64,000 nt of DNA, from assembly GCA_022825825.1 (NCBI GenBank), contig JAJDWA010000023.1:104424-168423 (forward strand). Direction: 5' to 3'. The notes beneath the pieces were generated by a model. That model was given only the letters and a program-made list of their open reading frames with translations. It had not been told where the DNA came from and did no database searches. Made by a program: the position numbers and the translations under genes. Position 1 is the first letter of the stretch. Each line of letters opens with the position of its first letter. Of this stretch, positions 1 to 10,168 are shown piece by piece. The DNA is from Candidatus Poribacteria bacterium. Its GTDB lineage: Bacteria; Poribacteria; WGA-4E; WGA-3G.

Positions 1-769
1 TATAGACGTAACGTCACTTTCCGAAACAGCAGTAGACCGAATTCTACAATGTGTTTCGGATGCGGGGATAACAATTAGCGGGTTAGGCTACTATCCGAAT
101 CCGCTGACACCTAACGAAACAGAAGCGAAAATCTATAGCGAACACCTTAAACAATTGATATTGGCAGCGAAACGTCTATCAGTAGACATCGTAAATACAT
201 TCATTGGTAGGGATCAGACACGTACAATAGACGACAATTGGGAACGGTTCAAGCAGGTGTGGAAACCACTAATCCAAGTTGCTGCAGACCAGGGTATCCG
301 TATCGGTATTGAGAATTGTCCGATGTTTTTCACAGAAGACGAATGGCCCGCTGGACAAAACCTTGCCTATTCTCCAGCAATTTGGGAACGCATGTTTGAG
401 GAGATTCCATCCGAGAATTTTGGACTTAACTTTGACCCATCCCATTTTATTTGGCTGCAGATGGACTACCTAAAACCGCTTGCTACCTTCGCTGATCGCA
501 TTTTCCATGTGCATGCAAAGGATGTACGTTTAGATAGGGAAAGGCTTGATGAGGTTGGAATCCTTGCAACGCCACTGGCATATCATACGCCCAAACTGCC
601 GGGACTTGGTGATGTAGATTGGGGACGTTTCTTCTCTGTTTTGAACGATACTGGTTATGATGGTTCTGTCTGTGTTGAGGTTGAGGATCGCGCTTACGAA
701 GAGACGTTGGAAACACGGCAACGTGCGCTAAAACAGAGTCATATCTTCTTGAGACAGTTTATTGGGTGA
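1..769 (+). CDS. Sugar phosphate isomerase/epimerase (xylose isomerase-like TIM barrel), 5'-truncated by window
   Basis: Frame is open from base 2; motifs IGIENCP, LNFDPSH, HVHAKD, VCVEVED. Confidence 0.85.
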   Translation, partial: IDVTSLSETAVDRILQCVSDAGITISGLGYYPNPLTPNETEAKIYSEHLKQLILAAKRLSVDIVNTFIGRDQTRTIDDNWERFKQVWKPLIQVAADQGIRIGIENCPMFFTEDEWPAGQNLAYSPAIWERMFEEIPSENFGLNFDPSHFIWLQMDYLKPLATFADRIFHVHAKDVRLDRERLDEVGILATPLAYHTPKLPGLGDVDWGRFFSVLNDTGYDGSVCVEVEDRAYEETLETRQRALKQSHIFLRQFIG

Positions 770-773
770 CATT

Positions 774-1949
774 ATGAACTACCACGATTGGCTACAAACA
801 GAATACGCGGAACTGGAAGAAGCGGGGTTGCTGCGCCACCTCCGCACCGTGATGAGTCCCCCCGCAAACACAATCACTCTTGATGGACACTATGTTGTGA
901 ACCTCGGATCAAACAACTATTTGGGGTTAAGCACACATCCCAAGGTTATGTCCGCAGCAGGCTCTGCAGCGATGGTTTATGGCGCAGGTGCAAGCGGCTC
1001 CCGTCTACTTTCAGGCAACATTCAAAACTACACAAAATTGGAAGATAACTTAGCGAAAGCAAAAGGAACTGAAGCAGCGCTTGTCTTTAGTTCAGGTTAT
1101 GCTGCGAATACGAGCATCATTCCCGTGCTTGCGGGGGAAGGTGACCTTATTTTAAGTGATGCACTTAACCATGCAAGTATCATTGACGGATGCCGTCTTA
1201 GCCGTGCCAGCAAAAAGATATACCGACACTGCGATGTGGAACACCTTAAGACGTTATTAGCAGAGTCTTCTGATTTTAGGCGTCGACTCATTGTAACAGA
1301 TGGTGTTTTCAGCATGGATGGCGATATTGCACCGCTACCTGATATTTACGAAGTCGCCTTGAATTATAATGCGATGCTGTTGGTAGACGATGCACACGGA
1401 TTTGGCGTATTGGGGAAAAATGGGAGTGGTACTGTGTCACATTTTGGATTAGAAGGGCAAGATATTATTCAGATGGGGACGCTCAGCAAAGCGATAGGCG
1501 GTTTGGGAGGATATGTCGCCGGGCGTCGTGTGTTGATTGATTTGCTTATCAACCGAGCGCGCGGTTTTATTTTCACAACAGGACTTCCACCCGCAACGTT
1601 ATCAGCGGCAGACGCAGCTCTCAAGGTCATGCGTTCTTCACGGGATTTGCGGCAACGTCTACTAAAACACGCTGAAACCATGAAAACAGCGTTAACAGAT
1701 TTAGGGTATACCCTATTGCCGAGCCAAACACAGATTTTGCCGGTGATAATAGGAGAACCCCAACGCGCAACGGACGTAGCTGAAGCGTTGCTTGCAGAAG
1801 ATGTGTTTGCACCTGCAATTCGTCCGCCTGCAGTACCAGCAGGTACAAGTCGTCTACGTGTTACCGTGATGGCGACACACACAGATTTAGATATAGAACA
1901 TGCGATATATGGGTTTGCAAATGTGCATAAACTGGTTTATGGTAAATAG
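774..1949 (+). CDS. bioF: 8-amino-7-oxononanoate synthase (PLP-dependent)
   Basis: [51 protein letters not shown]; ATG at 774. Confidence 0.88.
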   Translation: MNYHDWLQTEYAELEEAGLLRHLRTVMSPPANTITLDGHYVVNLGSNNYLGLSTHPKVMSAAGSAAMVYGAGASGSRLLSGNIQNYTKLEDNLAKAKGTEAALVFSSGYAANTSIIPVLAGEGDLILSDALNHASIIDGCRLSRASKKIYRHCDVEHLKTLLAESSDFRRRLIVTDGVFSMDGDIAPLPDIYEVALNYNAMLLVDDAHGFGVLGKNGSGTVSHFGLEGQDIIQMGTLSKAIGGLGGYVAGRRVLIDLLINRARGFIFTTGLPPATLSAADAALKVMRSSRDLRQRLLKHAETMKTALTDLGYTLLPSQTQILPVIIGEPQRATDVAEALLAEDVFAPAIRPPAVPAGTSRLRVTVMATHTDLDIEHAIYGFANVHKLVYGK

Positions 1950-2107
1950 AACAGTTTAAGCTGCTAATTGATTAATGACTCGTCCATGCCGTGGTATGAA
2001 AAAGCCGCATCCCCGCCGGTAACACGGCTTTCGTTTCAATCATTAACCAAGGATCAAGGATTCATTATCTTTAGTGGTTTTAAGGTTGTTCTGATTGGGA
2101 TTGGCTT

Positions 2108-2983
2108 TCAAGATGTAGTGTCTGCGGAATTAAATTTGACGATTTCTTCCCAAAGCATGTTGCCACGAGTATCCTGTCGGTTGATATTCTCTTTTGCCAC
2201 TTGATAGTACTTCGGCAAAATTTCAATGCCCGCGGAATTCCTTAATAACTTTTGAGCAACCTGACAAGTCGTACCTGAACCTGCAAAGGGATCAAGCACC
2301 CAATCATTTTCTCGCGTAAACAACTTGATAAACCACTCAGGCAATGTCTTGGGGAAAACGGCACTATGTTTTTTATTCCCTGTTTCCGTTGCTAAATGCA
2401 AAACATTTGTCGGATATGCCATTTTTCGGTCTAACCAATTTGAAACGTTTTTACCGAACCCGCTCCCTACTTTCGACGTATCCCGACTTTTATCTGTCTT
2501 GCTGAGATTTTTTAACCTTTTCTCCGCCCAATCTCCCATCGGCACCATAACTGCCTCTTGATACATATCGAACTTCTTAGTTTTGTTAAATTGCAGACAT
2601 CTTTCCCAAGCATCTCTGAATCGGTTGGGCCACTTACCTGGATAACTATTTTTCTTATGCCAGACAAATTCCTCTGTCCACAACCATCCCTGCTTTTTCA
2701 TCTCAAGTATCAACTCAATAACGTATGTGTGTCGTTCTCCGTTGACAGCTTTCTCTTTAATGTTTAGGATAAATGTGCCAGACGGTTTAAGGACTCTAAA
2801 AAATTGTTCTGCGCGGGGCATAAACCAACTCACATATTCATTGGGATTGATGCCGCCGTACGTTTTAGATCGACGGTCAGCATAAGGGGGAGAGGTCATA
2901 ATCAGGTCAAACGAATCGGCATCAAAATTAGCGAGTACCTCTAAGCAATCCCCAAGATAAAGGTCTGTTTTTATTCCTGCCAT
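2108..2983 (-). CDS. Site-specific DNA methyltransferase, beta class (probably N4-cytosine), orphan
   Basis: TSPPY catalytic motif precedes VLDPFAGSGTT SAM-binding motif. Confidence 0.9.
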   Translation of the reverse strand: MAGIKTDLYLGDCLEVLANFDADSFDLIMTSPPYADRRSKTYGGINPNEYVSWFMPRAEQFFRVLKPSGTFILNIKEKAVNGERHTYVIELILEMKKQGWLWTEEFVWHKKNSYPGKWPNRFRDAWERCLQFNKTKKFDMYQEAVMVPMGDWAEKRLKNLSKTDKSRDTSKVGSGFGKNVSNWLDRKMAYPTNVLHLATETGNKKHSAVFPKTLPEWFIKLFTRENDWVLDPFAGSGTTCQVAQKLLRNSAGIEILPKYYQVAKENINRQDTRGNMLWEEIVKFNSADTTS

Positions 2984-3039
2984 TTAACGGTCTGCCTTCG
3001 GAAAACTCTTCCAAGAATATTAAGCAAATGCTTATCAAA

Positions 3040-3068
3040 ATAGTACCATATTGCCTTAAGAAGGTCAA
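3040..3068 (-). promoter_or_regulatory. Sigma70-like promoter for the MTase
   Basis: TTGACC-17 bp-TACTAT with extended TG, minus strand. Confidence 0.55.
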
Positions 3069-3080
3069 GCAAAAGATTTT

Positions 3081-3222
3081 TATAGTGAAACCAATAATTA
3101 TTTGGACACTACGGTAGGTGCGATTTCCTAATCGCACCCGATGGGTCTCGGAAATGGTTCGGTTAGGAAACCGAACCTACCGGGTCGGAACAAGTGTGCC
3201 ATGTTTTCTTAAATTGACACCT
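3081..3222. mobile_element. MITE-like element containing an inverted pair of GTAG REPs
   Basis: Starts TATAGTGAAACC; REPs at 3113-3138 (+) and 3156-3181 (-); 3079-3156 matches the reverse complement of 48659-48736 with 2 mismatches. Confidence 0.75.
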
Positions 3223-3263
3223 AATCGTGACCTACAATAATATGTTGGCGAAGCATTACCCTC

Positions 3264-5216
3264 CTAAAACAGGAACCGATACATCGGCTTATCCAACGTA
3301 ATCCCGATAAGACTCCATACACCGCCAACAACAAATTCACCAAGAATCAAACCAAGGAAAAATGGAATGAGCTTGCGGTGCAGATTCATTCCGCCTTGCT
3401 TCAGAATAATCCACTTGATGACAGAACTAACAAAGATAGAAAACCAAAACACATTCATTGACCAACTGCTTGAAATAGCAAACCCCGCGGGATGAAAAGG
3501 CCACCAAAACAGTCGTATCCGCATAATCATTAAGAACCCAGTAATCAAAAATCCGACACACATCGCGATACTCGCAGGGATGTCTGGCGCTCTGGGTGAA
3601 GTGAGCCAACTTTGGAGGCGGTTAAACGGTCTTCCCGCAAACCAATTGCGTGCACCTTCAATGTATGAAATATGATAAAATGCCCAAAATGATGCAAATG
3701 TACCAATAACAATTGCTACACACATTGCGATGAGCAGTCTACGATTAGAAATTCGTGTGCGTTCAGCAAGTTTAAAGCCTTCCAAGATATGTGGCATCGG
3801 ATGTCCACGATAGGCACGATTGAAAGAGAACAGATAGGCAAGCATTGTCAGATTTCGCGGGCCGAGCAGGCGCGTCCCAAAGATACGAGGCATCATCTCA
3901 TCCGGCCCAATAAAATGCAAATCGTGTACGGGTGAGCCGAGTTCAGCACGCATTCGAGTCACAGCGGTAGAAATTGCGTAATAAATTCCGAAGAAAACCG
4001 CAATTGCCCAGATTGACATCCCGGCAGCATTACAAAAAATAGCAATGACCATAAGGCTACCGATAAGGCAAAGGACCATACCGAGATAGGACATCGGCTC
4101 ATCGGAATCTTCACCTTTCCGTTGCTTAAAGATTTTGCGTGCTACTTGTGCAAGGTGTTTTCGCGTGGCGATTATAGCAATAACAAATAAACCGATATAC
4201 GCGCCAAACGACTGCTCATCGGTGAACGGAAAATTCGGCAGTCCTCTAATGCCCAACGCATCTCCGAAAATTCGTTCCGCCTTCCAAAACAGGTAGAAAA
4301 ACCAACACGAAAACGACAGATCCAGTGGAATAAAGAATGCCATTCCCACAGCAAACGGGAATACAGCAACAGGAGTCCAACCGATCGCGCTCCACGGTTT
4401 CTGTGTAAAAAATGGGCGTAAATCGTAGAGACGACCACCGAGGCTCGGCACAGTTGGGAAAAGATAGTGTAACCCGTTCAGTACATCAATCGCACCTGCA
4501 ATCCCGAATCCAAGCCACATCATCTTGTTTGTCAACAGACCTGTTTTGCCGACATTTGTCAATTCAAGCGGGAGTTGAATAATCGGGTAACTCAGTTTTT
4601 CGTGTTCTGTCCACTGCTTGCGAACAAGTGTATTGATGAAAACCATGACGAACACGAGCGCACACAAAAAACCACCCCAAGTGAGGGTGGTAGTCATCCA
4701 TCCTTCAACGATTTCCCATTGATATAAACTCGTTTCGCCTCGGTAATACTCCGTTAAAAATGTCCTATCTTTGACTGCTATCCAATCAGGAATATAGCGA
4801 TGAAATAGATGTGCCCAATCGTTTTCAGGAGTAGCATACCAGAAAGCGTAGGGAATCATTGGGATTAGGACGCGAAGCACATCGTGCCCTGCCAAGGAGG
4901 AGGCAATCGCGAGCATGACATAGATCGTTAACAATTCGCCTTGTTGGAAGGCTACTCGCGGCAAAACCTGTTTCAATGCCAAATTCACACCTGTCAAGAT
5001 AAAGATGCAGAAGATAACATTAAAATAGAGCGAAATCGTGGTTGGATACCCTTGCCCCGCTGAATCTAAAATCCAATAGACGTTGGGTACAGTGAGTGCA
5101 GTGCCGATTAAGATAGCACGCCATGTCCCACCGAAGTTTTGTCGTTTCTGTGTTGTGAGTGCACGATACGTAGTTTTTTGATCGTTTCCTGATTGCTGTG
5201 AAGTTGTAGGGCTCAA
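3264..5216 (-). CDS. Polytopic membrane protein, DUF6785/DUF6784-like (possible OPT-related transporter)
   Basis: 650 aa, many TM segments, RKQW..EKLSYPI and WWPFHPAG motifs. Confidence 0.7.
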   Translation of the reverse strand: MSPTTSQQSGNDQKTTYRALTTQKRQNFGGTWRAILIGTALTVPNVYWILDSAGQGYPTTISLYFNVIFCIFILTGVNLALKQVLPRVAFQQGELLTIYVMLAIASSLAGHDVLRVLIPMIPYAFWYATPENDWAHLFHRYIPDWIAVKDRTFLTEYYRGETSLYQWEIVEGWMTTTLTWGGFLCALVFVMVFINTLVRKQWTEHEKLSYPIIQLPLELTNVGKTGLLTNKMMWLGFGIAGAIDVLNGLHYLFPTVPSLGGRLYDLRPFFTQKPWSAIGWTPVAVFPFAVGMAFFIPLDLSFSCWFFYLFWKAERIFGDALGIRGLPNFPFTDEQSFGAYIGLFVIAIIATRKHLAQVARKIFKQRKGEDSDEPMSYLGMVLCLIGSLMVIAIFCNAAGMSIWAIAVFFGIYYAISTAVTRMRAELGSPVHDLHFIGPDEMMPRIFGTRLLGPRNLTMLAYLFSFNRAYRGHPMPHILEGFKLAERTRISNRRLLIAMCVAIVIGTFASFWAFYHISYIEGARNWFAGRPFNRLQSWLTSPRAPDIPASIAMCVGFLITGFLMIMRIRLFWWPFHPAGFAISSSWSMNVFWFSIFVSSVIKWIILKQGGMNLHRKLIPFFLGLILGEFVVGGVWSLIGITLDKPMYRFLF

Positions 5217-5255
5217 AATTGATGTGAACTTTCCGCGTTATAGTCTCAAATTTCC

Positions 5256-5284
5256 TTGAGATTTTCAGTAAATCCTTGTATACT
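5256..5284 (+). promoter_or_regulatory. Sigma70-like promoter for the PhyH gene
   Basis: TTGAGA-17 bp-TATACT. Confidence 0.55.
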
Positions 5285-5363
5285 TTAAACTATAGGACGA
5301 TCAAACGTCCAAAATAGGAGTTACATAAATTGAGTTTAGACATGTCTAAAAAAGGATGAAAAA

Positions 5364-6200
5364 ATGGAAACGATGAACGATTTGTCTGAGGCAGTAGTCC
5401 TTACGCCTGAACAAAAGCAGTTTGTTGATAATAATGGGTATCTTTTAATTAAAAACGCGCTACCATCAGATGTCGTAGCAGAAATTGACGCTGCTGTAGA
5501 TGAAGTTTATGCCAAAGAGGAGGAAGCAGGAAATCTGGAAGCAGGTGGTAAACTGAATCTTCGCAATTGTCTTACACATCATGAAGCGTTTCTCCAACTT
5601 CTCGACTGGCACAAAACTTTTCCCTATGCTTGTGGTGTTTTAAATTGGAACATTCAGATGATAACGTCACACCTAATTGTGCTCCCTTCAAAAGAGGAAC
5701 CACCCGACGATGTCAAGACCAAGATTGGACTTCATCGTGATGGCGGAACGTCATATCGTGAGATGCAGGAACCGCATCCGCGTATTCTGCTTAAGATTGC
5801 GTACGCTATCAGTGACCAGTCTGATCCCGCATCGGGTGCAACGGTGTTAGTGCCGGGAAGCAACCGACTAACAGGCATGCCCGCCCGTGATCCTGAAACA
5901 GGTTGGGCACGCGGTGCAATTTCTATGAACGTCAATGCTGGTGATGCTTTCCTCTTTGAACAACGGACGTATCATGGCATCGGACACAATTGGTCAGGTT
6001 TGCCACGCAAAACTATCTTTATGGGATATGCTTACCGTTGGATCAAACCGATGGATTATATACAAATGCCGGATGAGTTGGTCGATAAATGTAATCCGAT
6101 TCAAAAACAACTAATCGGTGTTGTTGACGATGCGATGAGTTTTTATATTCCACAAGATAAAGATGTTCCATTGAAATCGGCACTGAGTGGCGGCAGTTAA
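5364..6200 (+). CDS. Phytanoyl-CoA dioxygenase (PhyH) family Fe(II)/2OG dioxygenase
   Basis: GYLLIKNAL, LHRD (HxD), VPGSN, AGDAFLF..RTYHG, R motif. Confidence 0.88.
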   Translation: METMNDLSEAVVLTPEQKQFVDNNGYLLIKNALPSDVVAEIDAAVDEVYAKEEEAGNLEAGGKLNLRNCLTHHEAFLQLLDWHKTFPYACGVLNWNIQMITSHLIVLPSKEEPPDDVKTKIGLHRDGGTSYREMQEPHPRILLKIAYAISDQSDPASGATVLVPGSNRLTGMPARDPETGWARGAISMNVNAGDAFLFEQRTYHGIGHNWSGLPRKTIFMGYAYRWIKPMDYIQMPDELVDKCNPIQKQLIGVVDDAMSFYIPQDKDVPLKSALSGGS

Positions 6201-6233
6201 ATTCTATCTTTGCCAAATCATTAGTAGAAGCAT

Positions 6234-7181
6234 TTACTGATCTTTGGCAGGACTTAATTGTAGTTTTAGAGAAAGACCATGCTCTAACAGTGCGCGAGCA
6301 TAAGGGATATTGTGTAAACCGTAACCGCTGTCTCCTTTCACCATGTCATAGTTTAACTTTGCATCTTTATAGGCTTGCGAATCTTTATCTTCTGCGTTGT
6401 TCAGCACTGTTTTGACTTCCTGCATCTTTGCCTCGATTTCAGCGCGATACAAAGGAAGTTTCACGGTCATATCGTTGTCAGCACTATCATGACATCCTGC
6501 ATTGCCACAAGTTGAAAAGTCCGCCTTAAAGGTATGCCCACCATGTTTTGCTACTTTGATTTGATTGTCTCCCTTTGATAAGGGGGGTTGGGGGGTTGCA
6601 TCTTTTTTTGCCATGTGGCAGTGGACACACCGTTTTTTCATGGCGCGCACATGGGGTGACGGCATCCGTTTAACGCCTGCCCCTTCACGTCCTAAAAACA
6701 TCTCTGTTTGCGATTGGTGCACAATGCCAGCACCAGCACACCCACAGTCCATCTTGTGGCAGGTGACACATAATTTTTTGGCTGGTAGTACCAACAAATG
6801 TTCCTCTTTGCTGGCGTGAGAGTGGCAAGAAGAGCAAGCAACTGCATTCACAGCTGTCTTTTCGTTATACGGGTGTCCTGGAATGCCTCGCTCGGCAAAT
6901 ATCGTATAACCAGAAGAGTGGCAACTTAGACAAGACGTTTTTACCTCATAAGGTCCCTCCAGGAGATTGACAAGTGCATGCGAATGTCCCGCCTGTGTCC
7001 ATTCTTTGTAAGCATCTTCATCTCCGTGACATTTGTTGCACCCCTCAGCAAAAGGTGTTTTTATAGTCTCCGAAGTGCTTTCCTGTGCCCCCGTAGATTC
7101 CGCTTGAAGTGTGGCAATTTTGAAAACAACGAGTGAACACATCAGCACGGATAAAGTTAAAAATAAGAATGCTTGTTTCAT
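6234..7181 (-). CDS. Exported multiheme cytochrome c
   Basis: Signal peptide; CNKCH, CLSCH, CSSCH, CVTCH, CVHCH plus CGNAGCH. Confidence 0.85.
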   Translation of the reverse strand: MKQAFLFLTLSVLMCSLVVFKIATLQAESTGAQESTSETIKTPFAEGCNKCHGDEDAYKEWTQAGHSHALVNLLEGPYEVKTSCLSCHSSGYTIFAERGIPGHPYNEKTAVNAVACSSCHSHASKEEHLLVLPAKKLCVTCHKMDCGCAGAGIVHQSQTEMFLGREGAGVKRMPSPHVRAMKKRCVHCHMAKKDATPQPPLSKGDNQIKVAKHGGHTFKADFSTCGNAGCHDSADNDMTVKLPLYRAEIEAKMQEVKTVLNNAEDKDSQAYKDAKLNYDMVKGDSGYGLHNIPYARALLEHGLSLKLQLSPAKDQ

Positions 7182-7270
7182 AGCCTCTAATTGTCTTTAA
7201 ATATTTTTCTAAAGACCTTGCTTTCATCTTATATTCAGTTAGTATTTTTAAAATCACCGATTATTCATAT

Positions 7271-7299
7271 AGGATATGTTATTTTCCAAAATTTGTCAA
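7271..7299 (-). promoter_or_regulatory. Sigma70-like promoter for the cytochrome c gene
   Basis: TTGACA-17 bp-TATCCT, minus strand. Confidence 0.5.
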
Positions 7300-7327
7300 T
7301 AAAAAATAGTGTGCCAATTTATCACTT

Positions 7328-7365
7328 TATAGTGAAACCTAAAATATGCGAACACTCCCTGGTAG
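7328..7365 (+). repeat. Left end of a TATAGT-type MITE-like element (truncated)
   Basis: TATAGTGAAACCTAAAATATGCGAACACTCCCTGGTAG resembles 48569-48608 and 51496-51530. Confidence 0.65.
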
Positions 7366-7497
7366 ATGAGGTGGAAAGAGAAAGGTATCAATGCCGCGCT
7401 TACTTTACGGTGTTTAGTGAAAAATGGGGACTGGGACAGATATTGGAATGAACTTCCACAGGTAGCATGACATTTATAACCAAAACTTTACACACCC
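7366..7497 (+). mobile_element. ISKra4/p-MULT-like IS remnant: transposase C-terminus plus right terminal repeat
   Basis: 7366-7470 reads MRWKEKGINAALTLRCLVKNGDWDRYWNELPQVA*; followed by AAAACTTTACACACCC, also found at 40053-40068. Confidence 0.7.
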
Positions 7498-7513
7498 GTT
7501 ATTTTAAAAATTA

Positions 7514-7543
7514 TTGACAAAAAACATTAAAATTTGGTATTAT
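7514..7543 (+). promoter_or_regulatory. Sigma70-like promoter for the NUDIX-mutarotase unit
   Basis: TTGACA-18 bp-TATTAT with extended TG. Confidence 0.6.
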
Positions 7544-7553
7544 ACTGTATAAA

Positions 7554-7982
7554 GTGTATTGTTACGATTATCCGCGCCCCTCAGTGACTGTTGATATCGT
7601 ATTATTGACGGATGCTTTTCCGCATCCCAAAGTCTTGTTAATTCGCCGTAAGAATTCTCCTTTTAAAGGCTTGTGGGCACTGCCGGGCGGTTTTCTGGAA
7701 ATGGACGAAACACTTGAGGAAAGCGCACTACGCGAGTTAAATGAAGAAACAAACATATCAGATGTTGAACTGATACAAGTCGGAACTTTCGGACATCCTG
7801 ACCGGGATCCACGCGGACGCGTAATCACTGTCGCTTATGTTGGCTTCATTAAATCGGAACAACAGGAGACTGTAGCCGGTTCTGATGCTGCTGAAGTTGC
7901 ATGGTTTTCAACATTAGATTTGCCACAACTTGCCTTCGACCATAATGAGATAATCGAAAAGGCGTTAGAAGGATTAAAATGA
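7554..7982 (+). CDS. NUDIX hydrolase
   Basis: WALPGG..ETLEESALRELNEET Nudix box; RDPRGR. Confidence 0.92.
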   Translation: MYCYDYPRPSVTVDIVLLTDAFPHPKVLLIRRKNSPFKGLWALPGGFLEMDETLEESALRELNEETNISDVELIQVGTFGHPDRDPRGRVITVAYVGFIKSEQQETVAGSDAAEVAWFSTLDLPQLAFDHNEIIEKALEGLK

Positions 7983-8311
7983 AACACTTCGGTTTAACCT
8001 TAAACCTAAAAAACGATCCTGCAGTTATTGAACAGTACAAGGAATACCACAGAAACGCTTGGCCAGAGACATTGGCAGGTCTGAAAGCTGTCGGCATTAC
8101 AAAAATGAATATTTATCTGTTAGGTCGACGCTTATTTATGGCCATGGAGACTGTGGATACTTTTGATATAGAACGTGATTTCCCACGCTATCTTGAAGAA
8201 CATCCGAGGTGTAAGGAGTGGGATAAATTGATGCGAACTTTTCAGGAACCAGTTGAAGAAGCACAAACAGGTGAATGGTGGGCGCAGATGGAACCTGTAT
8301 TTGAACTATAA
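7979..8311 (+). CDS. L-rhamnose mutarotase family protein
   Basis: EQYKEYHRNAWPE, GITKMNIYL, WWAQMEPVF. Confidence 0.85.
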   Translation: MKHFGLTLNLKNDPAVIEQYKEYHRNAWPETLAGLKAVGITKMNIYLLGRRLFMAMETVDTFDIERDFPRYLEEHPRCKEWDKLMRTFQEPVEEAQTGEWWAQMEPVFEL

Positions 8312-8394
8312 AACGGAAAAAACGTAATAATGTTAGATGTCCACAATCTTGTTTGAGTAATTTTCCAGGTTAAGAAATAAGGTTTAAAAAAAAA

Positions 8395-9297
8395 ATGACG
8401 ATTAGTTACGACTTCATGGCATTCAGTGGTAGGCTTTCAGAGAACAGTTGGACTCTTGGAATGAAAGCGATTCAAGGCGAAGTGCCTCTGGATATTGTCA
8501 TCCCAAGTTTGGAAATATCCGCAGATTCAGACGAAAAGGACATAATCGGAGTTTTGACGAAAGAGGGTATCATGCGAGAAAGTTCTGATGTGATGGAACT
8601 TTACCGATACCTTCGGCAGCTAAATCCGAAATCGAATCAAGCATTCGGATACAATGAAGTTGCGATCCGTAACATTCATACCCGCCTAAATTTGCTCAAG
8701 GTTGATGAGGAACTTCGCGTTCAAATCTCTTACACCGAACGTAAAGAAAACTATATGCCAGCTACATACAACATCAAGTTGTTAGGCACCTTCCAGATAA
8801 CAGTTGCCGACACCTTAGAGCCAGAACCAGTAACATCTGAAGTGACTGAGACAGATCTGTCTGAAGAAAATATACAGGATATTCCAAAACAGGAAGAAAA
8901 AGATGTAATTCCGATGGATTTCTCTCAAACAGATCCAGAAATACCGGTTTATAAAACTACGAATACCCTTGAGAAATTAATCGCTTTCACTCGAACGTTA
9001 CAGTCTGAATTGAAAGAGACAACGGAAAACCTCGCTTCAATGGTAGAAAGAGTGCAATTATTGGAAGAAGAACGTCAACGTTATCAAGAACAAGAAAGTT
9101 TGCTTCAAGATATTCTTGATCGTCTCGACCAATTAGAAAATTTAAACAGGCGGATTAGTTTCCTTGAAGAAGACCGTCATCAACTTAGCAAGTTACAACA
9201 AACTTTAGCGAAGTATTTCAAAACCTCGCATCGGCAGGCGCGAGCATTGCTTAAAGAAGTTAGTGATGAAACGGATGACACCGATTTTGACATATAA
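8395..9297 (+). CDS. Hypothetical protein with acidic linker and C-terminal coiled coil
   Basis: 300 aa ORF; heptad-rich C-terminal third. Confidence 0.65.
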   Translation: MTISYDFMAFSGRLSENSWTLGMKAIQGEVPLDIVIPSLEISADSDEKDIIGVLTKEGIMRESSDVMELYRYLRQLNPKSNQAFGYNEVAIRNIHTRLNLLKVDEELRVQISYTERKENYMPATYNIKLLGTFQITVADTLEPEPVTSEVTETDLSEENIQDIPKQEEKDVIPMDFSQTDPEIPVYKTTNTLEKLIAFTRTLQSELKETTENLASMVERVQLLEEERQRYQEQESLLQDILDRLDQLENLNRRISFLEEDRHQLSKLQQTLAKYFKTSHRQARALLKEVSDETDDTDFDI

Positions 9298-9343
9298 ACA
9301 CCTTAACTTAAATTAAACTGCCATACAGAAAGGAAACCGTTTC

Positions 9344-10144
9344 ATGATGAAAATTGGGACGATGTCTTTGAATGTCAAAGGCACTACAGCAACAGACTTT
9401 GCCCAAATCGTATACGACCTCGGTTTTGACGTAATTGAACTCCATTATGGAGCGTTTGAATCCACCGATGTGAACTATCTGCGTGAACTCAAGATGAACC
9501 TTATGCGGAAAGGGTTGCCATTAGGTTATATCGGTATCAGCAATAACTTTGGCAAACCTGTTGCCGAACACCCCGAACAGATCGCACTTATTAAGAAATG
9601 GATTGATGTTGCGGCTTTTATGAGTTGCCCGATAGTACGGGTTTTTGCAGCTTATGTACCCGCAGACTGCGATGATGAGGAAACTTTGTGGCCTCCAATG
9701 ATTGAAGGCTTTAAAGAGGTTGCTGAGTACGGCTATGAATCAGGAATTCTTGTCGGTTTGCAGAATCACAATCACAATAATGTTACACGCGATGGGGATG
9801 CCGTTTTGCGCGCGCTAAATGAAACTGACCATCCATATTTCACACATATTTTGGATACGGGACAGTACGCAGGTTCTCCTGGTGCCAGTGGGCATCGCGG
9901 TTCGCCACATCCCGACTACGACTGCTACACGAGTATTGAACAAACAGCACCACATGCTGTTTACGTCCGTACCAAGTTTTATGAGATAGATAGTGGTGTA
10001 GAAGAATGGTTGGATTACCCGCGGGTTTTGGACATTTTGCGAGGGGTTGGATATAACGGTTGTCTCTCTGTTGTTTATGAAGGTCAATCAGATCCGATTG
10101 AATCGATGCGCAAGGCGAGAAGTTATTTGGAATCCTTACTGTAA
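9344..10144 (+). CDS. Sugar phosphate isomerase/epimerase (TIM barrel)
   Basis: GFDVIEL, GLQNHNH, ILDTG, LSVVYEG. Confidence 0.82.
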   Translation: MMKIGTMSLNVKGTTATDFAQIVYDLGFDVIELHYGAFESTDVNYLRELKMNLMRKGLPLGYIGISNNFGKPVAEHPEQIALIKKWIDVAAFMSCPIVRVFAAYVPADCDDEETLWPPMIEGFKEVAEYGYESGILVGLQNHNHNNVTRDGDAVLRALNETDHPYFTHILDTGQYAGSPGASGHRGSPHPDYDCYTSIEQTAPHAVYVRTKFYEIDSGVEEWLDYPRVLDILRGVGYNGCLSVVYEGQSDPIESMRKARSYLESLL

Positions 10145-10168
10145 AGTTACTATACCGTAGAGGGTAAG

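Noticed and set aside
1950-2107. Restriction endonuclease remnant downstream of the first MTase
   Set aside because: No recognisable nuclease motif in the frames I translated
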